A stretch of DNA of 64,000 bases from Lama guanicoe. Taxonomy: Eukaryota. The position numbers and the translations under genes are program-made. The DNA is taken from positions 1,327,988 through 1,391,987 of the forward strand of contig MU053588.1 in assembly GCA_013239625.1 (NCBI GenBank), written 5' to 3'. The notes below the pieces were generated by a model. That model was not told the DNA's origin and did no database searches. It saw only the letters and a list, made by a program, of their open reading frames with translations. This document shows, in pieces, positions 56,560-64,000 of the stretch (position 1 is its first letter; the number at the start of each line of letters is the position of its first letter).

Positions 56560-56700
56560 GCAGCTCCTTATAACCCATCGCCCCAGTGGCCCCACAGGGG
56601 AGAGGAAGTGATGTCACTGCCACCCTATCCCTGCCCGTGGCACAACAGCTGCGGGGCGGCGATCTGCCAGAGACCCTTAATTATTCATGCCCCCTCCCCC
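56560..56700 (-). promoter_or_regulatory. CCER2 proximal promoter
   Basis: Minus-strand TATAAG at 56572-56567, ETS/CRE-like GGAAGTGATGTCA at 56604-56616, E-box CAGCTG at 56646-56651, and POU-type GCATGAATAATTAA (minus strand) at 56690-56677. Confidence 0.7.
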
Positions 56701-58256
56701 AGTCCTCCAGCTTCCAGACCCTGGGCTCCAGCATGTTGGGTGGGGGCTTCTCTTCCCAGAGAAACCAGGGTTTGATGAGCTTAACGCCCCACTGGGAGGC
56801 GGACCTGGGTTAGAATTCAGAGGCAGCCACTTACAGACTAACCTCAGGCAACTCCTTCCCTTCCTTGGCCCCAGTTTTCTCATCTGGAAAATGGGTTTCC
56901 TAAATCTACTTCCTCAGGGTTGTAGCTGGGCTCCACCTGAGTCCCAGCTCCACCACTACCAGCTGTGCAGCCCTGGGACAACTGCTTAATCTTAAGACCT
57001 GTTCTTTATTTGTGAAAAAGAGCTGGTGACAACCTACTCCACAGCTTGATGGTGAGGATTAAATAAATTTGTGTCTAAGTTAACTTAGGCAGCACCCCAG
57101 CACTGGGAACCGCACAGATCTGAGCACCTTCATTCCAGTCATTTTTACTGAGCACCCACTGTATGCCCAGTCCTCTTCCTCACCCTGGGCTACAGGCAGA
57201 CTTCCCTGGCCTCTCGGAGTGGACATCTGAGAAGGGGGAGGCAGACAATACTCAAGTAAAGACCCGTTACGTGCGGAAGGAGGAATCACCTGTGGTGCAT
57301 CGCGTGAGCGCAGCAGTGGAGATACTGAGTGCTGGGGTTTTTACTTTGGCCAGAGTGGTCAGGGAAGTCCTCTCTGAGGAGGTGACATTTGGGCTAAGGC
57401 CTGAGTGATAAGATGGAGACAGTCACACAAGATCTGGGGGAAGAGTAGCCAGGGAGGGGACTAGCAAGTGCAAAGATCTGAGTTTGAGTGCTAGGACAGC
57501 AAGGCAGGTTGCTGGGTGGTCAGAGCACGAGAGAGAGGTGGGCTGAAGATGAAGGCAGGAGGCAGGTCACGTAGGGCCCTGTGGCCCATGGTGACAACTA
57601 TGTCTCTTCCCCTGAGTGAGGTGGAGCCACAGGATGGCTCTGAGCGGGGGAGGGGGGACAGGTGTCCACAGGGTCCCTCTCACTTTGTGGGGGGACAGGG
57701 AGTAGGGAGAGTTTGCCACAACTCCAAATGGGAGATAATGATGGACAGGACTGGGGAGGGGCCGGGGACGAGAGAGCAAAGGCAGGTTCTGGAAATATTC
57801 TGAAGGAGGAGCTGCCAGGGTTTGCTGAAGGACTGGATGTGGATGTAAGAAGAGCTGAGGATGACTGGCAGGGCTGCGGCCCGAGGAGCTGGGAAAGCAG
57901 TTCCATGGACTGAGATGGGCACACCTGGGGAAGAGTGACTTCTGGTGTCACCAAGTTTGGGCTGCCTACCAGACCCTTGCTTGGAGCTGGGGACCGAGAT
58001 GTGAGGTTGACACAGGTCAGCACGAGATGCCACTTGTCCCAGAGTAAGGGGAGAGGCCTTGGCATCCTCTCAGTTCCCTCGGTGGCCCCCAAGCTCCCCT
58101 CTACATGCTCTGGGGGGTGCGGGACACTTCCAGCATGATCCCTGCAGCCACATACCCCTGGATGACGCAGCACTCTGAGCAAATGCCCAGCATCCCCGCA
58201 AGCTGGCCACACCATCTCCCTTGCTCACAGATCCACAAAGGCCTTTGTTCTGACCG

Positions 58257-58262
58257 TTTATT
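58257..58262 (-). terminator. SARS2 polyadenylation signal
   Basis: AATAAA on the minus strand, about 250 nt after the stop codon. Confidence 0.8.
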
Positions 58263-58508
58263 GGGGCCTTTCTCTGAGGGAGAGAAGAAGGAAGGAGGAA
58301 TGGAGGCCTCCTCTCCCTCTTTTTCCCCCATCCCTAGGACTTCTGAGTTCCCAGACATCCTGTATCCTAGTGCAGGCTGGGACCCCCAACGACAAGAGTC
58401 TGACTGATCCTGGGGAAGAAGGGAAGTAGGAGAGGTGGACCCTGGGGTCCAGGGCCCCCCAAGCTCCAGGAAGCAGCGACAACCCTAGTGGTCAATGAGG
58501 ATGAGTCC

Positions 58509-63423
<4,915 letters not shown>

Positions 63424-64000
63424 CTGGTGGAAAAGAGAATGAGGGGTGATTAGGTTGATGAAGTTGAGGGTGAGATGGGGGAGAAAAAGGAAGGATGAAA
63501 GGTCACGGCCAGGGGATCTGAATTCCTTGCTCTGCCAGCACCTGGCTAGACCCTCCTCCACTCTGTGCCTCAGTTTCTCTGTCAGCAAAGCTAACAGGAG
63601 ATAAGATAACATAATAGTAATCATGCCTGCAGCTCCAAATATCCTGCCTGGCCCCGTGCAGAAGGCTCTTACTCATCCTATTTCTTCATCACTCCATGAG
63701 GCTGGCATCACTGTGATCCCCGTTTTGTAGATGAGAAAACTTGAGGCTGGGAAAGGTAAAGTCTGAGCAAGTATTTGGACGCCTGAGACCAAGGACCTCT
63801 GATACTTGGAACCTTCTACGGTCCTGAGTACCAGAGGGAATCAGACAGATCTGGGTTTGAATGTTGGGTGTCTACCGGCTGTGTGCCCTTAGGCAAACCT
63901 CTTCCTTTCTCTGAGCCTCGGTATCCCAGCCTGTGAAATGCGCTGATAATAGGAGCTCCCCAGCAGGGCTGCTGCACGGCTTCCCCGAGAAGATGAACCA

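Noticed and set aside
57598..58215. 205-aa ORF between SARS2 and CCER2
   Set aside because: It overlaps L2-like repeat sequence and has no recognisable domain.

Overview
This is mammalian genomic DNA, not prokaryotic. The many tRNA-derived Vic-1-like SINEs suggest a camelid. The window matches the human 19q13.2 gene block: 5' part of HNRNPL (-), a repeat-rich intergenic stretch, RINL (-), SIRT2 (-), NFKBIB (+, head-to-head with SIRT2), CCER2 (-) and the 3' 14 exons of SARS2 (-). I read exon boundaries directly from splice sites and checked reading-frame continuity. Gene identities rest on my recollection of the human proteins; no database search was run. The top finding is that CCER2 looks like a divergent chromogranin A/B (granin) paralogue: signal peptide, Cys-loop exon, acidic core, granin-like C-terminal helix, CHGB-like 5-exon layout and a TATA/CRE-like promoter that also carries a POU4F-type site. 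One exon each of SIRT2 and SARS2 is partly missing, probably through assembly error. HNRNPL has a U12 AT-AC intron, a CA-rich autoregulatory region and a candidate upstream coding first exon. RINL has a uORF, the IkB-beta2 tail has a +1 G shift, and SIRT2 intron 1 has an RFX-like motif cluster. Repeat boundaries and subfamily names are approximate.
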